64,000 bases of DNA, from positions 160,001-224,000 of the forward strand of contig CBDAOY010000007.1 of assembly GCA_965198225.1 (NCBI GenBank). Direction: 5' to 3'. Source of the DNA: Terriglobia bacterium (lineage in GTDB: Bacteria; Acidobacteriota; Terriglobia; 20CM-2-55-15). A program made the translations under genes and the position numbers. A model generated the notes under the pieces. The model made no database searches and was not told the origin of the DNA. It was given only the letters and a program-made list of their open reading frames with translations. Below, one piece after another: positions 23,016 through 31,821 of this stretch (positions are counted from its first letter, which is position 1; every line of letters starts with the position of its first letter).

Positions 23016-23804
23016 CTAACCGGAAAGTACCGATTCTTTGGGAACCTTGGCCGGCAACTCTCCGAACTTCCTCTTGTAGTACCGCGTCCAGAAATGCAGT
23101 GCGGGCAATCCGAGGGCGGTCGGCAATATCCAGGGAAGGAACGACCAGGTTCCCTGGATCAATGCGCCGCCGAAGAGAGTCCGCGCACCAAAAACCAGGA
23201 ACGCCGTGTGAAAGGCAATACCCGAACCCACCATGCCGTCCATGTGTCTGTACCACCACGCCATCGGCGTGGGACGGGGGTTCGCGAAGAACTTCCTGTT
23301 CTCGACGAAGTCCGCCACACCGGCCGCACCCAGTGCGACCGGGATCCAGAACATGGCGCTGCCGCCCCGGGCGATATGGTAGGCGCCGAAGACAAACACC
23401 GAGACACTGGCGGACACCTGTGCCAGGTTGAGCGAACGCAGCCGGGTACCGGCAAAGATCTCAGGCTGGCGCTTGGTGCGGACGGCGCGCACGCCGTTCT
23501 CAACACCCTGAAGCAGGAAGATGGCCAGCAGTCCGAGGATGGCGACGAACATGATGTCGTCTGCGGGTATCTGGGACAGCGTGACGGGCTCGCCAACCCA
23601 GCTCGACGGATGAATCAGGACCCACGAGGACGAACCGAGTGCCGTCAGCGCGACAGTGTAGGCGCACAGGCTGAACACCTTGCCGGCAGCGATGTGAACG
23701 CGGCCGCCTTTTGGCGCGAACGCCGGTATCCAGAACGTGGCCAGACCCAGAAAACCCATCGAAATGTGCATCCAGCGCAGCACGCCGTGAATCGTTTCAG
23801 CCAC
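23016..23804 (-). CDS. Multi-TM membrane protein (DUF2306-like)
   Basis: MHIS..KGGRVHIAAGK, WWYRHM..AFHTAF. Confidence 0.75.
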   Translation of the reverse strand: MAETIHGVLRWMHISMGFLGLATFWIPAFAPKGGRVHIAAGKVFSLCAYTVALTALGSSSWVLIHPSSWVGEPVTLSQIPADDIMFVAILGLLAIFLLQGVENGVRAVRTKRQPEIFAGTRLRSLNLAQVSASVSVFVFGAYHIARGGSAMFWIPVALGAAGVADFVENRKFFANPRPTPMAWWYRHMDGMVGSGIAFHTAFLVFGARTLFGGALIQGTWSFLPWILPTALGLPALHFWTRYYKRKFGELPAKVPKESVLSG

Positions 23805-24408
23805 GACGGACCTCCTTCGGTCTCCTCTTCGGTTCCGGGTGTTTCACGTCTCTGGGCTGCCGACGCAATTCGATTCGCCCAAGCGCCTCATCGCACCACT
23901 GAACCTTTGCACGAAGCGAGTGAATGCCCATGCGCACGGCCAGGAAGACGTGAAAGTCCTCGGAGTTCAAATTGTCGAGTTCCGCTGTGTCGTTCCCGGC
24001 AAACTCGGATTCGGCCTGTAGAAGCAGGGCCAGGAATTCGCCGAGGCGAGAGCGCAGGTCGAGCATGAAGTCGGTGGTCGCTTCCAGGTCCTCGAGTTCG
24101 TGCATGAAGCACAACTGGGCCACGTAAGCAAACCGCTCGGTCCCCATCTGCGGCCCGGCCTTCAGCCATTCGATCAGTTCCCCACGCCCTTCCGCGGTCC
24201 TGTGATAGACACGGCGGGGAGGTCCTTTCACGGGAGGCTCGATCCTGCTCCTCAACCACCTCCGGTTTTCGAGCTTCTTCAGGGTGGGATAGATCTGGCT
24301 CAGCTCTGCGGACCAGAAGTGACGGGTGCCCTGGCTGAAATCACTTTTGATGTCGTAACCGCTTGCGGGCTCATGGAGCATTCCCAGCAGGATATGTTCG
24401 AGACTCAT
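23797..24408 (-). CDS. PadR family regulator (AphA/Vir_act type)
   Basis: SGYDI..FWSAELSQIYPTL. Confidence 0.9.
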   Translation of the reverse strand: MSLEHILLGMLHEPASGYDIKSDFSQGTRHFWSAELSQIYPTLKKLENRRWLRSRIEPPVKGPPRRVYHRTAEGRGELIEWLKAGPQMGTERFAYVAQLCFMHELEDLEATTDFMLDLRSRLGEFLALLLQAESEFAGNDTAELDNLNSEDFHVFLAVRMGIHSLRAKVQWCDEALGRIELRRQPRDVKHPEPKRRPKEVRRG

Positions 24409-24430
24409 GTTGCATTACCGCCTTGACGCC

Positions 24431-24460
24431 AATCTATGACATAATTTATATAGTTGTCAA
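24431..24460 (-). promoter_or_regulatory. sigma70 promoter with AT-rich operator for the PadR gene
   Basis: Minus strand TTGACA-18 bp-TAGATT. Confidence 0.6.
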
Positions 24461-24545
24461 GGAAATCGACCCAAACGGAGGACGTCGACGACGAATTCGT
24501 GAAGTTTGGGGATAGAGCGGGAGGCGCGCCGGAGGCAATCAGTCG

Positions 24546-25616
24546 CTACGAGCGCGCGCGTTTTCGAGCTGCCTGACTGATCTTGTCTCCGATCATCGCG
24601 ATCTTCTGGTCGTGCAGTCGCTTCTCGCTCAGCCAGTACGGGGAGGTGATCTCCTTGAAGGCGTAGATCGCAGCCTGAATTCCCTCGGCCCAGGCGACGG
24701 CGATCAGCTTGATGTCGCCGTGAACGTCGCCCACCGCGAACACGCCGCGCCGGCTGGTCTCGTAATAGGGGTCGATCGCGATGCTGCCATCATCGTTCAG
24801 ACGCACATCCAACCGGCGAAACGTGTCCTTCGCCGAGAGAAAACCGATCTGAACGATGATCCGGTCGACGAGCAGGGACTGGCTATCGGTCAGAGTGAGA
24901 CGGATTCGGTTGTCGGCGAACTCCGCCGCCGATATTTCGCACGACAGGTGCAGGGCTGCACCCGACGACTTGACTCTTGCGAACGTGTCGGCTTTGCCGG
25001 AGGGCTGCGCTCCGCGAACGATGAGATGAACCAGTCCCTCCCGGCCCAGCACAATCACCGCCGCGTCGAGAGCCGAGTCCCCCGCGCCCACAATCGCGAC
25101 ATCCTGCCCTTCGTAGTCTCCGATCTTCGGAACCTTGTAATGCACATTCCTCGAGTTGAGCTGGTCCAGGACGGGAAGCTTGCGGGGGAAGTGCAGCAGC
25201 CCGCACGCGATGATTACCTTCCGGCATTTGTAGACTTCGTTGTTCGTGATCACCTTCCTGAGGGGATCGTCCTTTTCTGTTTCGTCCGTGTCCTCGATGT
25301 CGACCAGTTCCTCGCCGAACCGGAACTGAACCAGAGCGTCGCAGGCCTGGCGATAGACCCGCGACGACAGTTCCTCGCCGCTGATGCCGTCGGGAAATCC
25401 CGGGACGTCGACGATTTTCTTCTCCGGGTAGAGAAACCGCGGCTGCCCACCGGGTTTGTCCTTGGCTTCGATGACAAGAGTCGTCAGGCCGCGGTGTGCC
25501 GTGGTCAGGCTCGCAGCCAAACCCGCTGGACCCGCCCCAATGATGATGACGTCCCAATAGGCCAGGCTGTCGAAGTCGATGTCTTCTTCCAGTTCGGTAA
25601 CATTGAAATCTGCCAT
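24546..25616 (-). CDS. TrxR-fold FAD/NAD(P) oxidoreductase (ferredoxin-NADP reductase type, no CxxC)
   Basis: GAGPAG, YPEKKI, VHY, GAGDSA, FAVGD; RBS AAGGAGG before ATG 25616. Confidence 0.85.
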   Translation of the reverse strand: MADFNVTELEEDIDFDSLAYWDVIIIGAGPAGLAASLTTAHRGLTTLVIEAKDKPGGQPRFLYPEKKIVDVPGFPDGISGEELSSRVYRQACDALVQFRFGEELVDIEDTDETEKDDPLRKVITNNEVYKCRKVIIACGLLHFPRKLPVLDQLNSRNVHYKVPKIGDYEGQDVAIVGAGDSALDAAVIVLGREGLVHLIVRGAQPSGKADTFARVKSSGAALHLSCEISAAEFADNRIRLTLTDSQSLLVDRIIVQIGFLSAKDTFRRLDVRLNDDGSIAIDPYYETSRRGVFAVGDVHGDIKLIAVAWAEGIQAAIYAFKEITSPYWLSEKRLHDQKIAMIGDKISQAARKRARS

Positions 25617-25818
25617 CGAGGGACCTCCTTCAATCATGATACGCCGAGCATTTGCCGGGCCGTCACCTTTACCCGGCGACGGGGCGGCAGCGCACAGATC
25701 AAACCGATGGTTGGCCGCTTGCGCCCTCTTGTGGTCCAATTCTTCAGCCATCGGGATGGAAGAAGCCCTCGATGTCGCACCTGACTGGAGCAGGACCAAT
25801 AACCCCTCGAGGAAAACA

Positions 25819-27024
25819 ATGGCAGACCTAGACAATAAATCATTCACAACTCGCACTGTTCATGCAGGTGAAAGGCTGGATCTGGAAGGCGTGAATCCGG
25901 TGGTTTCTGCCATTCACCCTTCCGTGGGGTATACCTTTGCAGACTCCAACGATCTGGATGCCGTCCTGGGCAACGAAAAGGCGGGGTACGTGTACTCCAC
26001 ACGGTACGCCAATCCGACCGTTACGGCCTTTGAGACGGCCGTTGCCAATCTGGAGGGAGCCGAAAAAGCTCACGCTTTTTCCTCCGGAATGGCGGCCATT
26101 CACATGTCGTTGTTGGCGGGCGGTGTTCAGGCCGGAACTTCGGTTGTTGCAGCGGCCGATGTGTATGGCGCAACCTACACGCTCCTGCAGGACATTTTCA
26201 CCCTCCTGGGCGCCAGGGTTCACTTTGTCGATGTCCTTGACCTGGAGACCGTGCATCGAACCGTAGTCCAGGAAAAACCGGCCATAGTGCTTGTAGAAAC
26301 GATCTCCAACCCCCTGATGAAGGTTGCCGACCTGCCGCGTCTGGTCGAAATCGCCCATGTAGAGGGCGCGCTTCTTCTGGTCGATAACACGTTCTGCTCC
26401 CCCTATCTGTGCAATCCCATCGCGTTCGGTGCAGATATGGTGATTCACAGTGCGACGAAATCCATTGCCGGTCACGGTGACGTCATGGCCGGTATCGTGG
26501 CGACGACGGCTGCTCTGAAAGAGAAATCCTTTGCCTTGAACAAGCTCGTCGGCAGCAGCATCGGTCCGTTCGAAGCGTGGCTGGCATTGCGAGGTCTCAA
26601 GACCCTGTCTTTGCGCATGCGCCAGCAGTGCGATAACGCGCTCGCGCTGGCGGAATGGCTGGTGGGCCATCCCAGGGTCCAGCATGTCAATTATCCCTTC
26701 CTGCCGGACCATCCCCAGCATGGGCTGGTGCATTCGCTGACTGGGGGCAGGGGAGCCGGCGGAGTGTTCTCATTTGAAATCCTGGGAGCGGGCCGGGAGC
26801 AGATCTTTGCCTTCATGGATGCCCTGGATTTGATCCAGCCGGCCACGTCATTGGGCGACATATATTCGCTGGTGCTCTACCCGGCCATTTCTTCGCATCG
26901 GACACTGACGCCGGAAGAGCGGGGCTCGTTGGGCATCGGAGATGGCCTTGTCCGTATTTCTGCAGGCATTGAAGATGTGGCGGACCTCCAGGCCGATATC
27001 GAGCACGCGCTGTCGGTGGTTTAG
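25819..27024 (+). CDS. Cys/Met metabolism PLP enzyme (cystathionine gamma-synthase / methionine gamma-lyase family)
   Basis: YSTRYANPT, SSGMAA, DNTF, HSATKSIAGH, SLGD, RISAGIED. Confidence 0.9.
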   Translation: MADLDNKSFTTRTVHAGERLDLEGVNPVVSAIHPSVGYTFADSNDLDAVLGNEKAGYVYSTRYANPTVTAFETAVANLEGAEKAHAFSSGMAAIHMSLLAGGVQAGTSVVAAADVYGATYTLLQDIFTLLGARVHFVDVLDLETVHRTVVQEKPAIVLVETISNPLMKVADLPRLVEIAHVEGALLLVDNTFCSPYLCNPIAFGADMVIHSATKSIAGHGDVMAGIVATTAALKEKSFALNKLVGSSIGPFEAWLALRGLKTLSLRMRQQCDNALALAEWLVGHPRVQHVNYPFLPDHPQHGLVHSLTGGRGAGGVFSFEILGAGREQIFAFMDALDLIQPATSLGDIYSLVLYPAISSHRTLTPEERGSLGIGDGLVRISAGIEDVADLQADIEHALSVV

Positions 27025-27033
27025 ACCTGGAGA

Positions 27034-27103
27034 GTGTAGGTGCGGTCTATGACCGCACACTGTTCGAACCGAAACACGTGCGCTCATAGAGCGCACCTAC
27101 ACC
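27034..27103. repeat. REP doublet
   Basis: GTC variant plus inverted CTC variant. Confidence 0.85.
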
Positions 27104-27163
27104 CGATCAGGGGAGCGCGGTTTGGCCGAGACCGCTCCCCGGCGGCAAGCAGACGAGATTCTT

Positions 27164-27559
27164 TCAATCTTCGGTAGTGATCCGCACCGGGTCCTGAACG
27201 AGCTCGCATTCATCCAGGCTGGAACAGCCGCACCGGATTCCCTCTTCCAGCAAGCGTTTCATTTCGCGGGCCCGGTCGATCATCCGGTCAATCTCGACCA
27301 GCTTCGAGCGTGCCAATTCGGACCACCGTTCCGAGGGGCTCGCATCGGCAGGAAAACCGTAGAACAGCTCTTTGATTTCCTCGACTCTAAAGCCGGCGCG
27401 CTGGGCCACTCCGATTCCCGCCAGCAGCATCAGCACGTCCGGCCCATAGCTTCTCCTTCCGTTGATCCGCATCGGTGGAGGCAGCAGGCCGATGCTTTCA
27501 TAGTATCGGAGCGCAGACGGCCGAAGACCCGCCTTCTCAGCCACTTCGCTTATTCTCAT
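27164..27559 (-). CDS. MerR family, SoxR-like regulator
   Basis: ISEVA..SALRYYE..GRRSY; C-terminal GIRCGCSSLDEC. Confidence 0.9.
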   Translation of the reverse strand: MRISEVAEKAGLRPSALRYYESIGLLPPPMRINGRRSYGPDVLMLLAGIGVAQRAGFRVEEIKELFYGFPADASPSERWSELARSKLVEIDRMIDRAREMKRLLEEGIRCGCSSLDECELVQDPVRITTED

Positions 27560-27577
27560 TTTCCGCCGAAAACCTCC

Positions 27578-27608
27578 TTGACTTAAAGTTCACTTTAACT
27601 TCTAGGCT
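27578..27608 (+). promoter_or_regulatory. MerR/SoxR-type promoter with 19-bp spacer
   Basis: TTGACT-19 bp-TAGGCT containing the dyad TAAAGT-TC-ACTTTA. Confidence 0.8.
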
Positions 27609-27648
27609 ATCACATGAAGTCGATGAATACGGTCGCGAGGAGGCGAAA

Positions 27649-27984
27649 ATGCCGGAGAAGATGAAAGAGACCAAAGGCACCCTTGCCTGCAGACTGAGTT
27701 CCGCGGAGCTTGCCCGAAGGAGCGAGGAGATTTCGAAGCTGCTCGAAGGCTCTCTGGAGTGGAGAGAACGACACGATGGATTTGCCGCGAGCTTTTCCGG
27801 GGATGAGCAAACAGCAAGGCGTCTGCTGGATTTCATATTGATGGAGCGCCGATGCTGCAGCTTTCTCAGCTTCCAACTGAGCTTCGAGCCGGAAATGGGA
27901 TCTATCCGACTCAACCTCGGCGGATCCCGGGAGGCTCGAGACTTCTTAAAGCAGCTGGCAGGCGCCGCCGGGGTGAATCCATGA
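27649..27984 (+). CDS. Small Cys-containing hypothetical protein
   Basis: ACRLS..ERRCCSFLSF; GAGGAGG RBS. Confidence 0.8.
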   Translation: MPEKMKETKGTLACRLSSAELARRSEEISKLLEGSLEWRERHDGFAASFSGDEQTARRLLDFILMERRCCSFLSFQLSFEPEMGSIRLNLGGSREARDFLKQLAGAAGVNP

Positions 27985-29102
27985 CCTCAGGGACTGGCAC
28001 GACAAAGGCCACGCCATGCCGACATCTCCTGTCACTGGGGTTGGTCCTGCTCGCAACCCCGATCGTAGGCGAACCCTTGAGGGCGCAGGAGCTGCGAGTG
28101 GGAAAAGAAGTCATCGTTCGCGCCGACGAAGTGATCGAAGAGGACCTCTACGCGTTCGGAGACACCGTTGTCATCGAAGGAACCGTGAGAGGTGACGTGA
28201 TGGCCAGCGGTCGAGAAGTAAGGCTGCTGGGAACGGTGGAAGGCGACCTTACCGGGTGCGGCCAGACCTACATCGTGGATGGCCGCGTCGGCGATGATTT
28301 GCGAATTGCCGGTATGACCACTGTCCTGGGACACGGGGCTCGCATCGGCGGCGATTTCGTGACGGCGGCTCTCGGTCTCGAGACCAACAAAGGGAGCTGG
28401 GTCGATGGAAGCCTCCTGTTCGCCGGCTACGAGGCGACGCTCGCCGGCGATGTCTTCGGCGACTTCCGTGCCGAGGCGGTCGCAATCGCGTTGGACGGAA
28501 GTGTTAGAGGAGATGTGGATGCTGCTGTCGGCGGCGGTGGAGAGTCTGCCGGATTCTTGGGGCGTGTTCGCCACGTCGTCATCGTTTCGATTTTCGGTCT
28601 GTTGCTGGCCTGGATCGCCCCCTTGACCCTGCGGGATCTGGAATCAAAGGCACAAAAAAGGCCGCTCGCAGGAATCGGCCGCGGTGTGATCGCTATCGCA
28701 GTGCTGTTGGCCCAGGCCCTGGGGGTGCTGATTGTCGTGATCGGTCTCGGACTGGCGGCCGGGCTCCTGAAACTATGGTCCTTATTGCTGCCCACCCTCA
28801 TCGTCGTAAGTTTTGCGGAAGGTATCCTGCTCGCCGGTTTCTGGATCTTCGGTGCGTTCGTCGCGCCCGCCTCGGTGAGCCTGATGGCCGGACGCGCAAT
28901 CCTGGGTCGGGCCGTGCCGGATCGGGCGGGAGGGTTGTTCTTGCCTCTGGCGGCCGGACTCAGCGTGTTCGCCGTCCTCGTGAGCGTCCCCTACCTGGGG
29001 GTGCTGGTCCACCTGTTGGTCCTGTTCCTGGGCCTCGGCGCGTTCTGGCTCTGGCTATTCAATTCGTTGGAAAACCTGCGCGAGCCCGTATCGTCTTCCT
29101 AG
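27981..29102 (+). CDS. Bactofilin-like beta-helix plus multi-TM membrane protein
   Basis: Repeats I.GTV.GD, then 5-6 TM segments; ATGA overlap with the upstream gene. Confidence 0.7.
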   Translation: MTSGTGTTKATPCRHLLSLGLVLLATPIVGEPLRAQELRVGKEVIVRADEVIEEDLYAFGDTVVIEGTVRGDVMASGREVRLLGTVEGDLTGCGQTYIVDGRVGDDLRIAGMTTVLGHGARIGGDFVTAALGLETNKGSWVDGSLLFAGYEATLAGDVFGDFRAEAVAIALDGSVRGDVDAAVGGGGESAGFLGRVRHVVIVSIFGLLLAWIAPLTLRDLESKAQKRPLAGIGRGVIAIAVLLAQALGVLIVVIGLGLAAGLLKLWSLLLPTLIVVSFAEGILLAGFWIFGAFVAPASVSLMAGRAILGRAVPDRAGGLFLPLAAGLSVFAVLVSVPYLGVLVHLLVLFLGLGAFWLWLFNSLENLREPVSSS

Positions 29103-29367
29103 TGGCCGGTAACAGAGAGAGTGATAGTGGCGTTGCGAGCGCAACGGTACCGGATTCTAGGAGCGCCGCCCGAGGTAATGCTGCTTCATTGCGAGAAGGC
29201 GAGACGACGAAGACGGTGCTGTTCCGCCGCAACCCGAAGGGACGACGGGTCTTGCGAGCCACAAAGAGGAGCTAGGAAACCGGCGTTTTTCGTAGCCGCA
29301 ACGAGTCGGGAGAGGACCCGCAAGGCCCATCGGCGACGCTGTCACTCTCTCTGTTACAGGCCACTAG
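29099..29367. mobile_element. MITE copy 1 (269 bp, CTAG ends)
   Basis: 29-bp terminal inverted repeats CTAGTGGCC(G/T)GTAACAGAGAGAGTGA(T/C)AG, 27/29 identical. Confidence 0.8.
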
Positions 29368-29483
29368 CACGCCCCCCGACCCGCGAGCTCGCGTCGATTC
29401 ACTTCAGGCTGGAGCTCACGGGGTTCGGGACGGCCGCGACGCCGCCTGCCCCCTCCCGTCCTTCTCCTCATAGTGGTTTCTTC

Positions 29484-29568
29484 TGCGAGAAGGCGAGACG
29501 ACGAAGACGGTGCTGTTCCGCCGCAACCCGAAGGGACGACGGGTCTTGCGAGCCACAAAGAGGAGCTA
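29484..29568 (+). repeat. Exact 85-bp copy of the MITE interior (29190-29274)
   Basis: TGCGAGAAGGCGAGACG...CACAAAGAGGAGCTA identical in both places. Confidence 0.9.
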
Positions 29569-29784
29569 TTCCAGTTCGTTATCCAAATCGTCTTCTTCGT
29601 CTGGAGTGGTTTCTTCTGCCTTGGATTGATTGTGGGTGTGCAGCATCCGCTCTATGTCTTCTGGTCGCACCGGTACACCCAACGAACTTCCGAATAGCAG
29701 GACGATGCACAGCAACACCTTGCCCAGCAGGCGTTCCAATCCCATTGGCCTTGGCCGGATCCGTCCTTCGCCAACCTGCTCCAC
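29566..29784 (-). CDS. Small single-TM acidic hypothetical protein
   Basis: VLLCIVLLFGSSLGVPVRPEDIE..acidic tail. Confidence 0.45.
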   Translation of the reverse strand: MEQVGEGRIRPRPMGLERLLGKVLLCIVLLFGSSLGVPVRPEDIERMLHTHNQSKAEETTPDEEDDLDNELE

Positions 29785-29963
29785 TGTAAAATCAACCGAA
29801 GATGTTTTTGGACCAGAACGGCTTCTCGGTTTGAGCTCCGCGGTCTATGAGCGCACATCGCTGCGGAAGGAAGAAGCCGGGCCCACGTTCGGGATGCCTG
29901 GGTAGTGCAGGGACAAAGGGTTGGTGACCGGGCGAAATCATACGGTAGTGAAAACTGATCGAC

Positions 29964-30539
29964 ATGCTCAATATTGTATTGTTCGGGCCGCCCGGTTCTG
30001 GGAAGGGCACACAAAGCGAGAAAATAATCGACACATATGGGCTGGTTCATTTGTCGACTGGTGACCTTCTCAGAAAGCATCTCAGTGAGGGGACGGAGTT
30101 AGGCAAAATTGCCAAAGAATACCTGGATAACGGTAGATTGGTGCCGGACAAAATAGTCATCGAAATGGTCGAAGATAAGATCGCAGATCATCTTGATGCA
30201 GAGGGATTTGTTTTCGACGGGTTTCCAAGAACCGTTAACCAGGCTGCAGCTCTGGATGAAATGCTTGGCAATCACAACCTGTCGATTTCCGGAATGATCG
30301 CTCTCGATGTCCCGGAGGACGAACTAAGAAAAAGGATCACGGAACGAGCGAAAACCTCGGGCAGGGTCGACGATCAGGATGACGAAAAAATAAGTACCCG
30401 AATCCGGGTGTATACAGATGAAAGTGCACCAGTCGTGGGTTATTACAGAGATCAAAAGAAGCTTAGCGGCGTACGCGGTGTCGGTTCGATAGATAGCGTC
30501 TTTCAAGATATCCGTGCCGCGATTGATCGGATCGCTTGA
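29964..30539 (+). CDS. adk: Adenylate kinase, short LID type
   Basis: GPPGSGKGTQ, STGDLLR, DGFPRT, GRVDD. Confidence 0.95.
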   Translation: MLNIVLFGPPGSGKGTQSEKIIDTYGLVHLSTGDLLRKHLSEGTELGKIAKEYLDNGRLVPDKIVIEMVEDKIADHLDAEGFVFDGFPRTVNQAAALDEMLGNHNLSISGMIALDVPEDELRKRITERAKTSGRVDDQDDEKISTRIRVYTDESAPVVGYYRDQKKLSGVRGVGSIDSVFQDIRAAIDRIA

Positions 30540-30585
30540 TTAGCGCCTTGGGTGCTCTTACCTACCACCGCTGAGCGGTAGCGAC

Positions 30586-31305
30586 TCAGTCGACCCCACA
30601 CCCTTTCTCCGCAGGGGGCCTCTCGGTTAATAGCGACGCTATGAGTTCTGAGCCAGATCCCGTCGTGGCGAGCTCACGAGCAACATCACCGAGTTGTTTT
30701 CTGAGGGAAGCATTGGCTTCTTCCAGATCCGCAATACACTGCTGAAGTTTCTTGACCTTCGGAGCCATTTCTTCGACCGTGTATCGTTGTTTGATGTGTT
30801 GAGGGCAGTTCGGGCTCCAGGCCTTCACGCGGAAGCGCAAAACGCGCTCGGGTCGAGCCTTGTAATCGGTGTCGACCAGGGTTTCGAGCAGCGCCGGATC
30901 ATCTTCGACGAACTCGGCGGTACCCCAGATTTTGATCCGATGGCGGTTCGGATAGTCCATCAGGAAGATAAACGCCTTGTTGTTCTCGCTCAGGTTTCCC
31001 AGCGAGATGTACTGGAAGTTCCCCGCAAAATCCGCCAGCGCAAGCGTATGGTCATCGAGTACCTTGAGGAAGCCTTTGGGGCCACCGCGGTACTGGATGT
31101 ATGGTTGACCATCTTGGCTTGCGGTTCCCAGATAGAGAGAGTCTCGCTCGCCGATGAACTCCGCAAGTTCTGGCGTCACAACGTCGCGCCACGGTCCCTG
31201 TTCTCCCCGCTGTTCCATCCTGGCGTAAGAGGCGCGTGAGCCCCGCCTCTCCTGGGCGGCCTTGACTTCGGCTGTGAAGGCGATTTCACTGATCGGGCGT
31301 TCCAT
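30586..31305 (-). CDS. Pyridoxamine 5'-phosphate oxidase-like protein (paralog of 20713..21360)
   Basis: PYIQYRGGPKGF, WSPNCPQHI; RBS AAGGAGG before ATG 31305. Confidence 0.9.
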   Translation of the reverse strand: MERPISEIAFTAEVKAAQERRGSRASYARMEQRGEQGPWRDVVTPELAEFIGERDSLYLGTASQDGQPYIQYRGGPKGFLKVLDDHTLALADFAGNFQYISLGNLSENNKAFIFLMDYPNRHRIKIWGTAEFVEDDPALLETLVDTDYKARPERVLRFRVKAWSPNCPQHIKQRYTVEEMAPKVKKLQQCIADLEEANASLRKQLGDVARELATTGSGSELIASLLTERPPAEKGCGVD

Positions 31306-31537
31306 AATTGGAGCCTCCTTTCTTCCGAAAAGGTCATGGTCTTCTGTCATGAGGGACATAGTCAAAACAAAAAACCCCGTTCTCGCGACGCTCGATCATC
31401 GCGAGGTGAGATGATGACGGTCCGGACGCGATGCCGGATCGAAGACGCGTGGGTCCCACCAACAGCTCAACGCGTTCTTCACTCAAGTGGCATCCTGTGG
31501 TCGGATTTACCACAACGAATTGTTTGAACGATTGTTC

Positions 31538-31821
31538 CCGAGGAGGAGAGCATGACGACACAGTTGGACGCCATCGTGATCGGCACGGGACAGGCGGGGC
31601 CATCGCTCGCCGGCCGCCTGAACCGAGAAGGTTTGAAGACCGCCATTATCGAACGCAAGCTCGTTGGCGGGACCTGCGTCCCGAGGAGGAGAGCATGGAC
31701 ACAGTTGGACGCCATCGTGATCGGCACGGGACAGGCGGGGCCATCGCTCGCCGGCCGCCTGAACCGAGAAGGTTTGAAGACCGCCATTATCGAACGCAAG
31801 CTCGTTGGCGGGACCTGCGTC
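31538..31821 (+). repeat. Tandem duplication, 143 + 141 bp, including RBS and start
   Basis: CCGAGGAGGAGAGCATG...GGGACCTGCGTC occurs twice. Confidence 0.9.
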
